From an uncultured virus (IMG/VR IMGVR_UViG_3300012000_002192) (lineage: Duplodnaviria; Heunggongvirae; Uroviricota; Caudoviricetes), in IMG/VR virus record IMGVR_UViG_3300012000_002192, positions 58,436 through 78,435 of that record: a DNA stretch of 20,000 nt; one strand, written 5' to 3'. Made by a program: the position numbers and the translations under genes. Of this stretch, positions 16,647 to 20,000 are shown piece by piece (positions within the stretch are counted from its first letter, which is position 1; each line of letters starts with the position of its first letter). The notes below the pieces were generated by a model. It did no database searches and had not been told where the DNA came from. It worked only from the letters and a program-made list of their open reading frames with translations.

Positions 16647-17366
16647 TCACTTTGGATGCAAAATTTCGCCTTCAAATCAGCCGACGCCGGATATAATGTG
16701 CTTTATATAACCTTAGAAATGTCTGAAAGAAAAGTTATGAAAAGACTAGGTGCTATGCGCCTAAAGATTCCCATTAATGATTATGACGCTGTTTCTAAAG
16801 ACACCGATATGATCACCAAAAGAATTAGAGGCCTGGGTAGTATAAAAGAAGGTGGTGATATTTTTGATAAAAAAGTTGGAAAGATTTTTAGTAAATTTTG
16901 GGCAGCCGGAACAGCCACAGTATCAGATTTTGACTACTACCTGCAAAAGTTAAGGGACAAAAAAGATATCAAAATAGATTTAATAATTGTCGATTATATC
17001 ACATTAGTTGCTGCTCCAAAGGGATTAGGCGGTGACAATCTTTATTCAAAGGGTAAGTCGTTAGCCGAGGGTTTAAGAGCATTAGGTGCAAAATATAAGT
17101 GTCCTGTGATTACAGGAGTTCAAGTGGCAAAAGATGCTTGGAACTCATCCGATATCACACTTGAATCGGTTCCTGAGAGTAAGGCGATAGCTGAAACTGC
17201 TGATACATTTTTTGCTATCATTAGAACCGAGGAAATGAAGCGTCAAAATATTTATAGATTTAAACTTCTAAAACAACGAGATGGTGATTTCTTAAAATCA
17301 CAAATTAGGTTAAATTTAAATCCGACTTATCTGACCTTAGAAAATGATCAATTTTTAGATCAATAA
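16197..17366 (+). CDS. Split-intein C part fused to gp41/DnaB-type helicase C-terminal ATPase domain
   Basis: After HN/S: GYNVLYITLEMSE, Walker B LIIVDYI, AEGLRALG, VITGVQ, ESKAIAETAD, LLKQRDG. Confidence 0.92.
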   Translation: MNNLDNFEIIEADSLLSGKYDRPLYDKFIEAYEVKDLQVLTPNGWVDIEGIGKTVEYDEWVIQTSGGKELICADEHLVYRCDNLNFLDKKCDLTELCTKDLSCGDFIMTKDGPEMVMGIGLTGQKSHMYDIQLSSGSNKQYYTNDILSHNSLWMQNFAFKSADAGYNVLYITLEMSERKVMKRLGAMRLKIPINDYDAVSKDTDMITKRIRGLGSIKEGGDIFDKKVGKIFSKFWAAGTATVSDFDYYLQKLRDKKDIKIDLIIVDYITLVAAPKGLGGDNLYSKGKSLAEGLRALGAKYKCPVITGVQVAKDAWNSSDITLESVPESKAIAETADTFFAIIRTEEMKRQNIYRFKLLKQRDGDFLKSQIRLNLNPTYLTLENDQFLDQ

Positions 17367-17406
17367 ACTAAATCTTATTTGGTTATATAAAATTAAAAAT
17401 AATTTC

Positions 17407-18372
17407 ATGGCTAAAAAAACGGCTAAAACAGAAGAAGATGATTTTGATGCAGATAATTTAGAAATGTCTTCTGAAAATGATTCTGAATTCATAGACAATG
17501 ATAAGGTAGAAGATGATGTTGAACCTACGGATGATAACACACATTTAGATTTTTTAGATGATGGTGAGATAGATATTATAATTGAAATTGATGAAGATGA
17601 CCTACAGATTACCGATCAGGAAATTGAAAAAAATGAGGATTCAACCGATGATATTATACTCTCAAAACACAAAATCGAAGGGAAACACTCATTAAAATAC
17701 GATTCTATATTTAAGGGAAAAAAAGAAGATCCAATTGATGAAGAGTCATTTGAAGGATTTTCTACATATTATAAAGAATCAATTGAGGTTGATAAATCTT
17801 CTATTTATCATACCGAATCTATTGACAACGAGTTATATATTAGAAGCAAATTAGTCAAAGAAAGAGTTTATGAAGTTTTAAGTCAACACACTGAGATTAA
17901 TTTTCTAAACAATAGAAGAAAACCTTCCAGAGTTGACTTTAATCAATATTATTCACTACTTAGAAAGCATCTTTCTGATGAGAGTTTTACTAATATTGAA
18001 TTATTTAATGAGCTATCTGTTTATTTTTCTGATAACCTTTTTAATATGTTTAAATTACTAGACAACAATTGGAGAAATCTAATAATTGCAGAGTTGCAAA
18101 ATCATATCGGAAAAAGCAAAAATTCAAAGGAAATCTCAAATAGAAACATCTATGTAGGAACTGAAATTGAATTTGTTTGGTTTGATTCTATTGTTGAAGA
18201 AGAAAAACTAATCACAGGAGTTGTTATAGAGACTGATTACCAAAACTCACTTTATAATGTCGATTCATTTGAGAAGATTTATGAGGTTAAACTGGTTGAC
18301 ATTACAAAAATTTTGAATAATTCTAAATTTAAGTATAATCTAAATAAACTAAACAACATAGACTTTTTATAA
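17407..18372 (+). CDS. Hypothetical protein with very acidic N-terminal ~85 aa
   Basis: Intact 321-aa ORF between helicase and RNR; D/E-rich N-terminus; beta-rich-looking C-terminus. Confidence 0.8.
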   Translation: MAKKTAKTEEDDFDADNLEMSSENDSEFIDNDKVEDDVEPTDDNTHLDFLDDGEIDIIIEIDEDDLQITDQEIEKNEDSTDDIILSKHKIEGKHSLKYDSIFKGKKEDPIDEESFEGFSTYYKESIEVDKSSIYHTESIDNELYIRSKLVKERVYEVLSQHTEINFLNNRRKPSRVDFNQYYSLLRKHLSDESFTNIELFNELSVYFSDNLFNMFKLLDNNWRNLIIAELQNHIGKSKNSKEISNRNIYVGTEIEFVWFDSIVEEEKLITGVVIETDYQNSLYNVDSFEKIYEVKLVDITKILNNSKFKYNLNKLNNIDFL

Positions 18373-18484
18373 AAATGTTAGTAACAATTTTTTTAACAGA
18401 CTATAAAAAATTTAAAAAAAATAGACATTTCTCCAACTCATTTTCTGATGAGAGAATATATATTTAACAAAAAAATAAGGCAAT

Positions 18485-20000
18485 ATGAATATAAAAGTAA
18501 CTAAAAGAAACGGTAAAAAAGAACCAGTTATGTTGGATAAGATTCTTGATAGAATCAATCAACAAACTTATGGATTAGACCCAAAGTGGATCTCATCATT
18601 TGATGTGGCTCAAAAAGTTATAGCAGGTGTCACTCCTGATATAAAAACATCAACTCTTGACCAATTGGCAACAGAGACAGCTGCCTCGCTTACAACAAAG
18701 CACCCTGACTACTCTGTTTTAGCTGCTAGGCTGGCAATTACCGCGTTGCATAAAGAAACAAAAAAGTCTTTTTCAGATACAGTTTATGATCTATATAATT
18801 ATATTAATCCTAAAACTGGTAAACATTCACCTATTGTTTCAGAATCTTTTTTAGAGATTGTTAAAAAAAATGCAGACGACTTAGATTCAGCCATTGTGCA
18901 TTCAAGAGATCATAACTTTGATTATTTTGGTTTTAAAACTCTTGAAAAATCTTATCTTCTTAAAATAAACGGTGAGGTTGCTGAAAGACCTCAATATATG
19001 TATATGAGAACTGCTATTCAAATCTGGGGAGATAATTTACCAAAAGTTATTGAAACTTATAATACACTATCTGAAGGATATTATACCCATGCTACCCCAA
19101 CACTATTTAACTCAGGAACTGGAAGGCCACAATTAAGTTCTTGTTTTCTTTTAGATACAGAAGATGACTCTATTGAAGGAATTTTCAACACACTTAAAGA
19201 ATCGGCTCAAATTTCAAAAAATGCGGGAGGTATCGGTATTTCATTTAACAAAGTAAGAGCTAAGGGAACTTACATTGCCGGAACAAATGGTTCTTCTAAT
19301 GGAATCATTCCTTTTTTGAAAATTTTTAACGAAACCGCCAGAGCTGTTGACCAGGGCGGCGGTAAGCGAAAGGGGTCAATTGCTATCTATATGGAGCCCT
19401 GGCACGCGGATATTATGGAATTTTTAGATCTTCGTAAAAATCAGGGCAAAGATGAGATTAGAGCAAGAGACCTTTTCTTAGCTATGTGGATGAATGACCT
19501 ATTTATGGAAAGAGTTGATTTAGATGAAGATTGGTCACTTATGTGTCCACATGAGTGTCAGGGTCTAAATGAGACGTATGGCGAGGAGTTTAGACAACTT
19601 TACTTAAAATACGAAATTGAAGGTCGGGTAAAAAGAACTGTTAAAGCAAGAGAAGTTTGGAGTAAGATCTTAGAATCACAAATTGAAACTGGAACTCCTT
19701 ATATCCTCTATAAAGACTCTATAAATGAAAAATCTAACCAATCAAATATCGGTATTGTTAGAAGTTCTAATTTGTGTGCAGAAATTGTAGAAGCAACAGG
19801 GAATACAAAAGTTCAATCTGAAATCTTAAAAAATAAAGAACTACTCGATTCACTGGGGCTGGGTGATTTTTTTGGAGAAGAGGTGGTAAATGAAACTGCT
19901 GTTTGTAATTTGGCGTCGGTGGCACTCCCTAAGTTTGTAAACAAAAATAAAACATATAACTTTAATAAATTATATGAAGTTGCTTATTTGGCTATTATCA
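18485..20000 (+). CDS. nrdA: Ribonucleoside-diphosphate reductase class Ia alpha subunit with ATP cone (truncated by window end)
   Basis: Manual translation from ATG 18485: MNIKVTKRNGKKE, ERPQ, THATPTLFNSGT, QLSSCFL, AGGIG, VDQGGGKRKG, IETGTPY, SSNLCAEI, AVCNLAS; open to the window end. Confidence 0.97.
   Translation, partial: MNIKVTKRNGKKEPVMLDKILDRINQQTYGLDPKWISSFDVAQKVIAGVTPDIKTSTLDQLATETAASLTTKHPDYSVLAARLAITALHKETKKSFSDTVYDLYNYINPKTGKHSPIVSESFLEIVKKNADDLDSAIVHSRDHNFDYFGFKTLEKSYLLKINGEVAERPQYMYMRTAIQIWGDNLPKVIETYNTLSEGYYTHATPTLFNSGTGRPQLSSCFLLDTEDDSIEGIFNTLKESAQISKNAGGIGISFNKVRAKGTYIAGTNGSSNGIIPFLKIFNETARAVDQGGGKRKGSIAIYMEPWHADIMEFLDLRKNQGKDEIRARDLFLAMWMNDLFMERVDLDEDWSLMCPHECQGLNETYGEEFRQLYLKYEIEGRVKRTVKAREVWSKILESQIETGTPYILYKDSINEKSNQSNIGIVRSSNLCAEIVEATGNTKVQSEILKNKELLDSLGLGDFFGEEVVNETAVCNLASVALPKFVNKNKTYNFNKLYEVAYLAII

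Noticed and set aside
445..17540. Short overlapping ORFs in the track (445, 1800, 3688, 5026, 6244, 6629, 9572, 9972, 12085, 14519, 14798, 15563, 16206, 17355)
   Set aside because: All are shadows of longer, better-supported genes and show no motifs.
1..20000. CRISPR arrays, tRNA or rRNA genes
   Set aside because: Intergenic gaps are short and AT-rich; no regularly spaced repeats or cloverleaf-like sequences were seen by eye.

Overview
AT-rich, densely coding window that reads as part of a large T4-like/jumbo tailed-phage genome under the standard genetic code. Three TTTG/TTG-N19-TATATTTG promoters and A-rich leaders without Shine-Dalgarno sequences point to a Bacteroidota host (inference). 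Core genes are thymidylate synthase, the N-terminal half of a family-B DNA polymerase, a DinG/XPD-type helicase, a gp41/DnaB-type helicase and a class Ia ribonucleotide reductase alpha subunit that runs off the right end and is missing from the ORF track. Three replication genes are fragmented in three different ways. (1) The DinG-like helicase is broken in its DECH motif by a conventionally split intein with a free-standing PD-(D/E)xK endonuclease between the halves. (2) The gp41 helicase is broken in its Walker A motif by an atypically split intein (39-aa IntN, 150-aa IntC) with no endonuclease. (3) The polymerase stops in the fingers region with no intein and no adjacent partner. Interspersed are about ten unrelated ORFs sharing an N-terminal MKxxKxF/YExF-type leader resembling T4 capsid-targeting sequences; most lie behind an AATATATA motif and several carry Gly-rich hydrophobic segments. 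Family assignments come from motif recognition by eye; no searches were run.
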